38,020 bases of DNA from Patescibacteria group bacterium (GCA_043820165.1 JBDRDZ010000037.1:1-38020); one strand, 5' to 3'; shown: positions 24,270 through 32,400, counted from the first letter of the stretch. Numbers and translations: made by a program. Notes: generated from the letters alone by a model not told the origin.

Positions 24270-25664
24270 TTAGTAAGTTTGTTGGACTCGATTAGCAGCT
24301 AACTCCATCGCATCGGCAGGATCCTCATACCGTGCCTTAAGGTAGTCGTCAATTAAGTTCTTCAGTGCATTTTCCGCGGCCGTGGCGTCTGAACCACGAT
24401 ACCAACTTTCAGCCGTTAATGTTTGAGCTGCAAAGATAGCGACTTGACCGTCATCGAGCTGGCTGTTTACGAGATTGCGCAGGGCTGTTGGTTTGTCAGT
24501 TCTATCTAGGTACGAAGTCACGTTTTCTGCCGAGCTGGCGAACATAAGGAAATCCCAAGCCCAGTTACTGTTTTTTGTATCGTTGGAAACCACCTCTAGC
24601 CAGTAGTTGGCGTAATTGACATCGCGACCACCTTCAATTTGTGGCATGCTTGCGACAGCAAAATTTAGACGCGGTGCTGCGGTGCGCAAGAGGGGGATGT
24701 GATAACTGTAGCCAAAGAAGAAAGCAGTTTGGCCATTGGCGAATGCTTCGAACGAGTTAGGATAATTTTCATTCCAGGTATAGACCTGTTTTGTTGGGTT
24801 GGCGTAGTCGGTGTAAAACTGTAAAGCATTCAGGCCAGGATAAAAGCCTTTGGGGGAGCCTTCCGGAACAGTATTGAAAGCGACGCGCCCACGGGCATCG
24901 GTCATTTGTGTACCGGTTTGCATCATGAGAAGAGACAGAATATCAGTCGATCGCTCGACGTTTTGGCTAGTTCCCAGAGCAGCACCGGATTGAGTAATAT
25001 TGCCATCAATGTCGTAGCTGGTTAGCTGAGGTATTACAGCCTGGAATTCCTCCCAATTTTGTGGTGGCGTCGGAATACCGGCGGCATCAAGCAAATCTCG
25101 GTTGTAAAAAAGAGCCAAACTATCCACGGAAAGCGGGAAGCCGTAAATTCTTGATTGTGCGTCCGATCTTGTGGTCGCTTTGTAACTAAGGACAGCATCT
25201 TTAGCGACTTGCTCGACGTAATCATTTTTTAGCGTTGTAATTGATGGCGTTGGTTTGGTGGTTTCAACAACGACCATTTCTTGACGCAAAGTGCCGCGCG
25301 TCTCCTGATTTTGAATAGTCACAGAAGATGGCATCGGCTCCATTAGATTTTGATATTCGTTCATCCAGGTATTGTGCATGGAGAAGATATCCGGACCGCG
25401 GCCCTCGGCAATAGCGCGCACTAGTTCTTCTTCATATTCATCGTAGCGCAGTTTTCTGTAGTTGATTTTTACATTTGGGTGCAGGGCACGATAGGCGTTA
25501 ATGATATCTCTAAAATCACCACTGTCATCAAAAACACGCCAGTAATTTAGAGTGACCTGTTCTAGTTGTTGACCGCCTCCGCCACCGCCAACGCAGCCTT
25601 GACCAGTGGTTAGAAACAGCGATGCAACAATTAAAAATGTGACTGGTTTTAAAAAGCGCCTCAT
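24270..25664 (-). CDS. ABC-transporter extracellular solute-binding lipoprotein (family 1, sugar-type)
   Basis: 464 aa. Lipobox TTGQGC plus a Gly-rich linker. Length and motifs (LNYWRVFDD..., PDIFSMHNTWM, FFFGYSYH) are typical of SBP_bac_1. No permease or ATPase genes are adjacent. Confidence 0.75.
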   Translation of the reverse strand: MRRFLKPVTFLIVASLFLTTGQGCVGGGGGGQQLEQVTLNYWRVFDDSGDFRDIINAYRALHPNVKINYRKLRYDEYEEELVRAIAEGRGPDIFSMHNTWMNEYQNLMEPMPSSVTIQNQETRGTLRQEMVVVETTKPTPSITTLKNDYVEQVAKDAVLSYKATTRSDAQSRIYGFPLSVDSLALFYNRDLLDAAGIPTPPQNWEEFQAVIPQLTSYDIDGNITQSGAALGTSQNVERSTDILSLLMMQTGTQMTDARGRVAFNTVPEGSPKGFYPGLNALQFYTDYANPTKQVYTWNENYPNSFEAFANGQTAFFFGYSYHIPLLRTAAPRLNFAVASMPQIEGGRDVNYANYWLEVVSNDTKNSNWAWDFLMFASSAENVTSYLDRTDKPTALRNLVNSQLDDGQVAIFAAQTLTAESWYRGSDATAAENALKNLIDDYLKARYEDPADAMELAANRVQQTY

Positions 25665-26530
25665 ACCTTTAAGTTTTTAAGATATTTTTTGAATTCTGTT
25701 TTTGTTTCCGGGTGTTTTAAGCCGAGTTCAACTTGAGCAACGAGCATGCCTAATTTATTGCCACAATTGTACCAAGTCCCATCGAAAGCACAGCCGTACA
25801 AAGCCTGACCTTCCTTGAGGTGTGTTTCAAAAGCATTAGCCAAACGAATTTCCCCGTCCTTACCGGGTTTTTGACTTTCCAGTAATTCGTAAATTCTTGG
25901 AGTGATAATATAGCGACCAATAACAATCAAATTTGATGGCGCTTTGTCGACTGGTGGCTTTTCAACAAATTTCTTCACCTCCCAGGTATTTTTTTCAAGT
26001 TTTGTTCCATCGATCACACCGAAATTTGAAACCATTTTTTTCGGAACCTCGTAGAGTGCGACAACAGGATCTCTATGTTTTTCATAAACGTTAATCAACT
26101 GTTTGATCGCCGGTACTTTGCCACCGATAATATCGTCACCAAATAGGACAGCGACCGGTTCATCACGGTCAATGAAAGGTAGTGCTGATAAAATTGCGTG
26201 TCCGTCACCGAGTGGTTTGGCCTGGCGAACGAAACCGAATTTTGCGAGCTTGCCAATTGCGGAAACTGTCTTGAGTTCCTCAAATTTTTTCCTTTGTTCA
26301 AGTCGGTATTCTAATTCGAAGTTACGATCAAAATGATCTTCGATTGCCCGCTTGCCAATCGAGGTCACAAAAATGATTTCCTCGATGCCGGCAGCAACAG
26401 CCTCCTCAACAATGTATTGGACCACCGGTTTATCAACTACCGGAATCATTTCTTTAGGCTGAGCTTTAGCAGCTGGCAGGAAGCGCGTGCCCATACCGGC
26501 CACCGGAATAATAGCTTTTCTGATTTTCAT
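25661..26530 (-). CDS. galU: UTP-glucose-1-phosphate uridylyltransferase
   Basis: 289 aa. KAIIPVAGMGTRFLPAAKAQPKEMIPVVDKPVVQYIVEEA, FVRQAKPLGDGHA, VEKP motif. 4-nt overlap with the downstream SBP gene. Confidence 0.92.
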   Translation of the reverse strand: MKIRKAIIPVAGMGTRFLPAAKAQPKEMIPVVDKPVVQYIVEEAVAAGIEEIIFVTSIGKRAIEDHFDRNFELEYRLEQRKKFEELKTVSAIGKLAKFGFVRQAKPLGDGHAILSALPFIDRDEPVAVLFGDDIIGGKVPAIKQLINVYEKHRDPVVALYEVPKKMVSNFGVIDGTKLEKNTWEVKKFVEKPPVDKAPSNLIVIGRYIITPRIYELLESQKPGKDGEIRLANAFETHLKEGQALYGCAFDGTWYNCGNKLGMLVAQVELGLKHPETKTEFKKYLKNLKV

Positions 26531-26667
26531 AATTATTCTTATGAATTCTACTGATTCAGTATATCATTTTTTTAGCGCTGATGTTAGGGGTTAATTTTTT
26601 CAAGTATTGATTTTTAAGTGGGCTGGTGATACATTGATATTTGCAAAATTAATTCGTTTTTTAGTCT

Positions 26668-27393
26668 ATGCAAAACTTAATAAAACGCTATCTTTTTGGC
26701 GCCGGGATTCTTTCCCTTTTTGTACTTTTGGGAGCTGGATGTTTTGGTGGGGAGGAGCCTTCACTTTCACTTTCAAAAACTACATTTGAACCAGGTGAGG
26801 AAATTGTTGTTAACTTTGTAGCTCTCGAGAGCTATGACTCGTCAGCTTGGGTTGGCATCGTTCCTGCTGATGTCGAGCATGGTGATGAAACCGTGAACGA
26901 TCAGTATGACATCGATTACGATTACATTGATGGCGCAACTTCAGGATCAATGACCTTCGAGGCCCCAAACCAGCCAGGTGATTATGATCTACGTATGCAT
27001 GACAATGACGTCGATGGCACTGAGGTAACCTATGTTTCTTTCACGGTAACTGCACCTGAAGTTGAAATCGAGCCAAGTCTGACTCTTGAAGAAACCGTTT
27101 ACGCTCCAGGCGACACTGTTACTGTAACTTTCACCGCACCTATTTCTTACGACACCACCGCTTGGGTCGGTATTGTGCCATCAGACACAGAACATGGCGA
27201 CGAAACTGTTAATGATGAGGCTGATCTTGGCTTCCAGTACCTGAGTAAGCAAACTGAAGGTACATTGACTTTCACCGCACCTGAGGATGTTGGTTTATAC
27301 GATTTACGCATGAATGATAGTGATACTGATGGAACCGAAGTCGCCTCAGTCACTTTTACAGTTGAAGTAGCAGAAGAAGAGGTTGAGGCGTAA
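26668..27393 (+). CDS. Lipoprotein made of two tandem 100-aa repeats of an unrecognised acidic domain
   Basis: Lipobox LLGAGC. Repeat 1 starts at nt 26758 (PSLSLSKTTFEPGEE...) and repeat 2 at nt 27073 (PSLTLEETVYAPGDT...). Shared core: SYD(S/T)(S/T)AWVGIVP.D.EHGDETVND...G(S/T).TF.AP...G.YDLRM.D.D.DGTEV..V.FTV. Confidence 0.75.
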   Translation: MQNLIKRYLFGAGILSLFVLLGAGCFGGEEPSLSLSKTTFEPGEEIVVNFVALESYDSSAWVGIVPADVEHGDETVNDQYDIDYDYIDGATSGSMTFEAPNQPGDYDLRMHDNDVDGTEVTYVSFTVTAPEVEIEPSLTLEETVYAPGDTVTVTFTAPISYDTTAWVGIVPSDTEHGDETVNDEADLGFQYLSKQTEGTLTFTAPEDVGLYDLRMNDSDTDGTEVASVTFTVEVAEEEVEA

Positions 27394-27463
27394 CGAGAAA
27401 TGAACTGCTTCATTTCGAGACGCCGAAACGGGCGAACCGATGTTCCTGTAGGGAACCGGCGAG
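27387..27463 (+). ncRNA. Structured RNA-like element, copy A (unclassified)
   Basis: Outer helix GGCGT (27387..27391) / ACGCC (27420..27424). Inner hairpin GAAATGAA-CTGC-TTCATTTC (27397..27416). Then a 36-nt block 27428..27463 that is 32/36 identical to 28783..28818 and contains hairpin GTTCC-loop-GGAAC. Strand and function are uncertain. Confidence 0.3.
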
Positions 27464-27490
27464 GGCAATCAGAAATCTAGAAACAAAAAA

Positions 27491-27516
27491 AGACTCGCTC
27501 CGGCGGGTCTTTTTTC
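27491..27516. terminator. Bidirectional intrinsic terminator downstream of element A
   Basis: aaaaaaa-agactcgc-tccg-gcgggtct-tttttt. Confidence 0.7.
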
Positions 27517-27768
27517 ATGGCGGTGTATTCGGGTCGTGATTTTATCAAAAAGGGCTTTTGAATTTATTAACTTTCTTGTCTATTATATCTACCGATTTAG
27601 AAAAGCCAATATTTCTTAACCGAAAAAATATAATTTGTGTAACATCCAAAATATTGTTAATTTGGCAGCAGAAATTTGTTTAATTTTTTAAAATTTTTTG
27701 GCAATTTATTTTAGATCGAGCGTAATTTATGTAAAATATAAACAGTTTGATAATTTAACCATGACAAT

Positions 27769-28017
27769 ATGGAAAAACAAGAAGGTGCTTTTAACCCACA
27801 AGAACACACACGTTGGGCAAAACAGCGGGCGCTTGAAATATTAAAACAAGGGGATCTCATGCAAGCAATCGATTCAATGGTAAGTGATTTACGTAAAGAT
27901 CCTACACGTCCGCCTGAACAGGTGAGAATGCTTACTATGATGGGCATGATTACAAGAAATGATCCTGCCTTAGATGAAAAGAAGGTAAGAGAGTTTATTG
28001 AAGGATTTGCAGAATAA
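27769..28017 (+). CDS. Hypothetical small helical protein (82 aa)
   Basis: Charged, helix-like composition. Followed by a clean terminator at 28065..28088, which favours this strand over the antisense 131-aa ORF. No SD seen and no family recognised. Confidence 0.45.
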   Translation: MEKQEGAFNPQEHTRWAKQRALEILKQGDLMQAIDSMVSDLRKDPTRPPEQVRMLTMMGMITRNDPALDEKKVREFIEGFAE

Positions 28018-28064
28018 ATTGCCAAAATTAATACAAGAGGTATATTGTTGACTACATCGAACAT

Positions 28065-28088
28065 AAAATCGCCCCTGAGGCGATTTTT
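28065..28088 (+). terminator. Intrinsic terminator after the 82-aa ORF
   Basis: aaaatcgcc-cctga-ggcgatttt(t). Confidence 0.75.
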
Positions 28089-28100
28089 GATTACTAGATA

Positions 28101-28665
28101 AACCACCAGCTTTAGCTGGTGAGTGCGTTTAAAGGCGAAGCCCTTGGGTTATAATAAAATCACCACACACGGAAAGGGGGTGATTTTATTATGTCCAATC
28201 GTAGGCTGTACTCATTAAATCATAGCACCTACGACTGTCAGTACCATATCGTCTGGATAACCAAGTGGCGAGGAAAGGTACTTACAGATAAGTATATCAA
28301 ATCTGAGCTAAAATCAATGTTTCGTCGTATTGCAGACTGGAAAGGCCTGACAATTTTGTCATGGCATGTCGGAGACGAACATGTACACATCATTCTCACG
28401 ATCCCGCCCAAGTATTCTGTTGCCTATGTCATCCAAGTCCTCAAAGGAAAGACATCCTCATGGATTAAGAAAAAGACTAAGAAACTTCCGAAGGGAAGTT
28501 TGTGGGTGCGAGGATATTTTGTCTCAACGATCGGTCTTGATGAAGCGATGGTTAGAAACTACGTTGACACACAACACGTCAACCATCAAGAAATGCCAAA
28601 ACTACCAATTTAACAGTCAGCAAGGCTGACAAACCGAAACCACCGGCGTTTAAGCCGGTGGTTGT
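28101..28665 (+). mobile_element. IS200-type (IS200/IS605 family, tnpA-only) insertion sequence. Boundaries approximate.
   Basis: Y1 HUH transposase gene flanked by related subterminal hairpins: CACCAGC-ttta-GCTGGTG (28104..28121) and AACCACCGGC-gtttaa-GCCGGTGGTT (28638..28663). Internal TATAAT at 28150..28155. No tnpB. Confidence 0.7.
28191..28613 (+). CDS. tnpA: IS200/IS605-family Y1 (HUH) transposase TnpA
   Basis: 140 aa. YHIVWITKWRGKVL. HUH motif in DEHVHIILTIPPKYSVAYVIQVLKGKTS. Catalytic-Tyr region LWVRGYFVSTIGLDEAMVRNYV. Confidence 0.9.
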   Translation: MSNRRLYSLNHSTYDCQYHIVWITKWRGKVLTDKYIKSELKSMFRRIADWKGLTILSWHVGDEHVHIILTIPPKYSVAYVIQVLKGKTSSWIKKKTKKLPKGSLWVRGYFVSTIGLDEAMVRNYVDTQHVNHQEMPKLPI

Positions 28666-28736
28666 TCATTTTTGACTCGCCCCTATCTTTTATAGCCAAA
28701 TGGGTTAACGATAAAAAATAGTCCTGGCGGAGAGGG

Positions 28737-28860
28737 GTTGCAGCGTAGTGAGCAGTAAACTGCTTTACTGTGAACCGCTGCAACGGGCGAACCGATGTTC
28801 CTAAAAGGAACCGGTGAGCCCCGGACCTCCCGATCGCCCGAACCTACGAGGGTTCTCATC
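28737..28860 (+). ncRNA. Structured RNA-like element, copy B (longer, unclassified)
   Basis: Perfect 9-bp outer helix GTTGCAGCG (28737..28745) / CGCTGCAAC (28776..28784). Inner hairpin CAGTAAA-CTGC-TTTACTG (28753..28770). Conserved 36-nt block 28783..28818. Possible GGGCGA (28785..28790) / TCGCCC (28834..28839) helix. Hairpin GAACC-tacgag-GGTTC (28840..28855). Not matched to any family I know. Confidence 0.3.
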
Positions 28861-28909
28861 ACCTCCTCAATAATGAAAAACAGCCAGTCTAACGACTGAC
28901 TATTTTTCA

Positions 28910-28999
28910 TGGCGGAGAGGGAGGGATTCGAACCCTCGAGACCCTTTCAGGTCTACAGCTTTTCGAGAGCTGCGCTTTCGACCACTCAGCCACCTCTCC
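28910..28999 (-). tRNA. tRNA-Ser (anticodon CGA), long variable arm, CCA encoded
   Basis: Reverse complement is GGAGAGGTGGCTGAGTGGTCGAAAGCGCAGCTCTCGAAAAGCTGTAGACCTGAAAGGGTCTCGAGGGTTCGAATCCCTCCCTCTCCGCCA. Anticodon stem CAGCT/AGCTG with loop CTCGAAA. T-arm GAGGG-TTCGAAT-CCCTC. Confidence 0.93.
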
Positions 29000-29026
29000 A
29001 AATATTATTGTTCTCCGAGGGTAGCA

Positions 29027-29058
29027 TAAAAAAACGATCGCGTCCACGGGGGCGCGAT
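29027..29058 (-). terminator. Intrinsic terminator after the AlaE-like gene
   Basis: 9-bp stem atcgcgtcc-acgg-gggcgcgat. On the minus strand it is followed by cgttttttt. Confidence 0.7.
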
Positions 29059-29534
29059 TAGACTTTGAACTTGGTTTTGAGTCGTTCGATGACACATTTG
29101 AGCCCATCGAGCACGAGCCCAAAAAAGGGGCCGACAAAAAAAGTCGTGACAGCGACAAAAGCGATAGCGTTCAAGCTGCTAACGATCCTTAATTCTGTGC
29201 CGAGAAAAGAACGAATGACTACCTGAACCACGATCGCTATCGTATAAAGAATTACATGGTAAAGACAGTAGCAGGGCGCGTCGATGATGACACGCTGTAG
29301 GCGATCAGTTGTCGTCAGTTTGCTGAGTTCCGTCTTTGAGACCTCGAGAAACCAGTCGCGGAAGCGATCATACTGACCGCCAAACGAGACCTTCGCGGTG
29401 ATGAACCAAATGCGGTTGGCGAGAAACTCACTTGGAGTCATTTCAGCAATATAGATGTCCACCGGCAAAGACGATAACGCTCCGATGAACATAGCTACAT
29501 AGCCGGCTGGGTTGGAGCGTAATCTTGCGAACAA
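29058..29534 (-). CDS. Small membrane protein, possibly AlaE-family L-alanine exporter
   Basis: 158 aa, TTG start. Overall layout and motifs (MFARLRS..., YDRFRDWF, C-terminal FFGLVLDGLK) resemble E. coli AlaE (MFSPQSRLRH..., YGMYRDLF, YGYFLDYCRR) as remembered. GC moderately elevated (hand count 31/60 at 29101..29160). Confidence 0.45.
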   Translation of the reverse strand: MFARLRSNPAGYVAMFIGALSSLPVDIYIAEMTPSEFLANRIWFITAKVSFGGQYDRFRDWFLEVSKTELSKLTTTDRLQRVIIDAPCYCLYHVILYTIAIVVQVVIRSFLGTELRIVSSLNAIAFVAVTTFFVGPFFGLVLDGLKCVIERLKTKFKV

Positions 29535-29586
29535 AAGCGACCCCCTTTGGGATCGAAATTATCACGCGTCAGACATTAAGTCAAAA

Positions 29587-30837
29587 TTATTTCTTAGGAA
29601 TAACACTCTTGCGTGGCATGCTTAAAATTGCAATCAATATCCAGGTCATAACGGCCAGATCATTTTTAAAATACGGCACATCAACCAGACCGTGGATAGC
29701 CATGGTGGTGAGAGCAGCAAAGGCGGCAAGTTTTAAAGTTGTTGAGTTTTTGATTTGTTTAGTTGTTGAAAAGCGGACAGTCTGAATTATCAGAAAAGCT
29801 AGCCAGAAAAAAGCGATCAGTCCGAGTAAACCAAGCTCGCTCCAGATGTTGAGAAAGATATTGTGTGGGTACTGAAAGATTTCGTAGAGCTTCGGATCAT
29901 GATATGGCTTGAGTACGGTTGGGTAAGCATTGAGTCCGGCGCCAAAGAGCGGGCGGTCAACTATCATTGCAACACTCTCTTGCCATTGAGCAATTCGAAC
30001 TTGGCCTGAGTAATCACGAAGCATAATCTTTTGACCAACAGCTGGAAAGGCGAGCGCTAGCAAAATGACGATGATGATCGCCTCAGCGGCTACTCGAATT
30101 TTAATCGTTCTTTTTGCCGGAGTTATTAGAAAAGTGATCAGAAGAGCGGCTGGTATTGCTACAAAAGCAGCCTCGGTTTGAGCGAGTAATATCGCTATCG
30201 CCCCAAGGACGATTACTGATGACCAAAAGATTCGATCAGTTTTGTTTTTTGTTTTGATAAATAACACAGTGCCAAAAGCGATGATTGGTGAAAGAAAGAG
30301 TCCTAGTGCATTAGGGTAATCAAATAGTCCGGTCGCTCTTTTTTCAATATCCCAGGGTGCAGGAATTCCCAGGCCAGAAGTAGATTGGAAAATGGCAAAG
30401 ACACTGAGGACGATTGCACTAACACCTAAAGCTTTGAGCGCATTTTGCCAATCATCTTTACCTTTGAATTGACTCTGCATCATTAAATAAACAAGCGCCG
30501 GTTCAATGAAATAAGCTTTCCAAATACCCAGGGCACTAAAAGTGTCACTGGCAACCACAACGCCGAACGAAGCGGCGGCGATCAAGAGCAACAGCGGACG
30601 ATACCATGGGCGAAAAGATTTGATATCAATTTTGTAGCCTTGATGGTTAATGACCCAGGCTAGGCCAGCGATCAAAATAAAAACCTCGAGGGCCGTGGTT
30701 GGCAGCGGACCAATAGAAAATCTGATTAGATATGTTGGCAAGAGTCCAGCTAGAACAATCAGGGCCAACTTAAGATCCCTCCAAGCTAGCAGGAGGAAGG
30801 TGGCAAAAGCGATAAGTAAGAGGATTGAAAAAATCAT
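29587..30837 (-). CDS. O-antigen ligase/polymerase-like (Wzy_C) polytopic membrane protein
   Basis: 416 aa, about 10-12 TM. RATGLFDYPNALGLFLSPII motif is typical of the O-antigen ligase family. 4-nt overlap with the upstream flippase gene. Confidence 0.7.
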   Translation of the reverse strand: MIFSILLLIAFATFLLLAWRDLKLALIVLAGLLPTYLIRFSIGPLPTTALEVFILIAGLAWVINHQGYKIDIKSFRPWYRPLLLLIAAASFGVVVASDTFSALGIWKAYFIEPALVYLMMQSQFKGKDDWQNALKALGVSAIVLSVFAIFQSTSGLGIPAPWDIEKRATGLFDYPNALGLFLSPIIAFGTVLFIKTKNKTDRIFWSSVIVLGAIAILLAQTEAAFVAIPAALLITFLITPAKRTIKIRVAAEAIIIVILLALAFPAVGQKIMLRDYSGQVRIAQWQESVAMIVDRPLFGAGLNAYPTVLKPYHDPKLYEIFQYPHNIFLNIWSELGLLGLIAFFWLAFLIIQTVRFSTTKQIKNSTTLKLAAFAALTTMAIHGLVDVPYFKNDLAVMTWILIAILSMPRKSVIPKK

Positions 30838-32279
30838 GGTTGGGAAATTGGTGGTTTTTCAGGCAGGAAGAGTTTGGCAACATCTTTTGGCCTGGGACCG
30901 CCAAGCGCGGCCAGGGCAATGACGTAGATGATGGTACCAAGGACAATCTCTGCTAATACATGAATCGTGGGAAACATCAGAAGCCCTAGAAACATAATAA
31001 TACTAGCAAGGCTAGCAATACAGAATGTTTTCATTTTTGGTCGAAACTTACTAACTCGCATAACAACGGTGAAGGTCAGGATCAAGATAAGAATTTCTGA
31101 AATTAAAGTCCACCAAGCGGCTGCCCACATACCGTAGATGGGAATACAAATCATATAGCCAGCAACAGTGACTACAGCAACGGCGAAATATGCCCAGGTC
31201 ATAATTCGCTGTTTGTTGACGGCAACGATGGCATGTCCCGAAAGTGAACCGAAGAAAACGATCGCTGCTGCCGGACCAAGAACCATCAGAATTTCACCAG
31301 ACTCTTTAAAATCTTCACCAGCGATTAGTGTCATCAGCGCTGGTCCAACAGCAATCGAGCCCAAAGCAATTGGCAAAGCTGCCACGCTGAAAAAGTCAAA
31401 AAAGTTTTGCATCTGTTTATGAAAACTTTCTTTTGCCTCAGCTGTTTTTTTACTCCAGGTAGCAACGAGCATGGGCAGTACAAGCCCCATGAACATTACT
31501 GGCACAGCAGCGATAACATCAACAACCTTATAAGCTGCACCGTAAATTCCGACTTCAGCTTCGCTGCGATAAAGCGAGAGGAAGACAATATCACCACGCA
31601 AATAAATCAGGTTAAAGAAAATCGAGGCGCCGATCGGCCAACTCCGACTGATGATATCTTTCCAGGTTGCCAGATTGAGTTTTAATCTCAGCTTGACGTA
31701 TCTGCCGGCGAAAATCAGGATGGAAATAAGCTGCAGGGCGTTGCCAGCTACGAGGATCCAAACAATACCCACCAAACTAAGTCCGAACAAAGGTGCAATT
31801 ATTGCACCAAGCAGGACGCCGCCGCGGTTGATTAGTTCGGCTAGAACAAATCGCCCGATGACTAATCGTTTTTGAAAAACGCCAACCAGCATTTGCGATG
31901 TTGTTCCAAAAAGATACGAAACAGCACCAACGGCAATGGCGATTTTAACAATGTTGTCGTATGGAAAGGCTAGCGCGACAATCGGTGCCAGAGCCAGGAA
32001 AAGTACAGCTGAAATAATACGCAGTGAAAGCAGGTTTCCAAGCAGATGCTCCTCGCGAGCTTTGTGCTCAGAAATCATCTGGGTTGTTGTCAGTGTTAGA
32101 CCAAAGTCAACGATCACGGCGAAGACGGAGAGAAAAGTAAGGGCGATAGTTAGCTGTCCATAGCCTGCAGTACCGAGATATCGTGCTAAGACAGCAACGG
32201 TCAGTAAACCAAAGAAAGTCGCCAACAGTTTGCCTGTTATTTGGAGCGCTGTGTTCTTAGCTAAGGCTTTTGTGGACAT
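30834..32279 (-). CDS. MOP-superfamily oligosaccharide/polysaccharide flippase (Wzx-like)
   Basis: 481 aa, about 12-14 TM. N-terminal KNTALQITGKLLATFFGLLTVAVLARYLGTAGYGQ is typical of Polysacc_synt flippases. Confidence 0.75.
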   Translation of the reverse strand: MSTKALAKNTALQITGKLLATFFGLLTVAVLARYLGTAGYGQLTIALTFLSVFAVIVDFGLTLTTTQMISEHKAREEHLLGNLLSLRIISAVLFLALAPIVALAFPYDNIVKIAIAVGAVSYLFGTTSQMLVGVFQKRLVIGRFVLAELINRGGVLLGAIIAPLFGLSLVGIVWILVAGNALQLISILIFAGRYVKLRLKLNLATWKDIISRSWPIGASIFFNLIYLRGDIVFLSLYRSEAEVGIYGAAYKVVDVIAAVPVMFMGLVLPMLVATWSKKTAEAKESFHKQMQNFFDFFSVAALPIALGSIAVGPALMTLIAGEDFKESGEILMVLGPAAAIVFFGSLSGHAIVAVNKQRIMTWAYFAVAVVTVAGYMICIPIYGMWAAAWWTLISEILILILTFTVVMRVSKFRPKMKTFCIASLASIIMFLGLLMFPTIHVLAEIVLGTIIYVIALAALGGPRPKDVAKLFLPEKPPISQP

Positions 32280-32400
32280 AGTATTATTAATATACGCTGT
32301 ATTAACGTTTATTTCTAGTTTATTCTACGTCGTGGTAACGTTTTCGATGTGGAAAACCTATGGTATTATATAAGGTGAAAAGAGCCTAAAATTACATTAC

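Noticed and set aside
27515-27550. tRNA 3'-end remnant following TGGCGG in copy A
   Set aside because: Only the 6-nt CCGCCA complement and a vague ATTCG are shared with tRNA-Ser. I could not fold a T-arm or acceptor. It is therefore reported only as part of the 13-mer repeat.
27711-28106. 131-aa antisense ORF opposite the 82-aa ORF
   Set aside because: Its composition is hydrophobic and Ser/Ile/Leu-rich, as expected when AT-rich DNA is read antisense. The plus-strand ORF is followed by a clean terminator, so the plus strand is preferred. Even that call has only moderate confidence.
28783-28860. Possible cobalamin riboswitch core, SRP RNA or RNase P fragment in element B
   Set aside because: AAAGGAACCGGTGAGCCCCGG superficially recalls the B12 'GGGAA..GGTG..CC' core. 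AGGTCCGGGGCTC on the minus strand recalls RNase P CR-I and SRP. However, the B12 box (GCCACTG), the SRP GGAA-tetraloop/AGCA motif and the remaining RNase P conserved regions are all absent. The locus is too short, and no downstream gene is in the right orientation for a riboswitch.
28683-29158. ORFs 28683..28910 (75 aa) and 28907..29158 (83 aa) on the minus strand
   Set aside because: They run through tRNA-Ser and the structured RNA-like element B. No coding signature.
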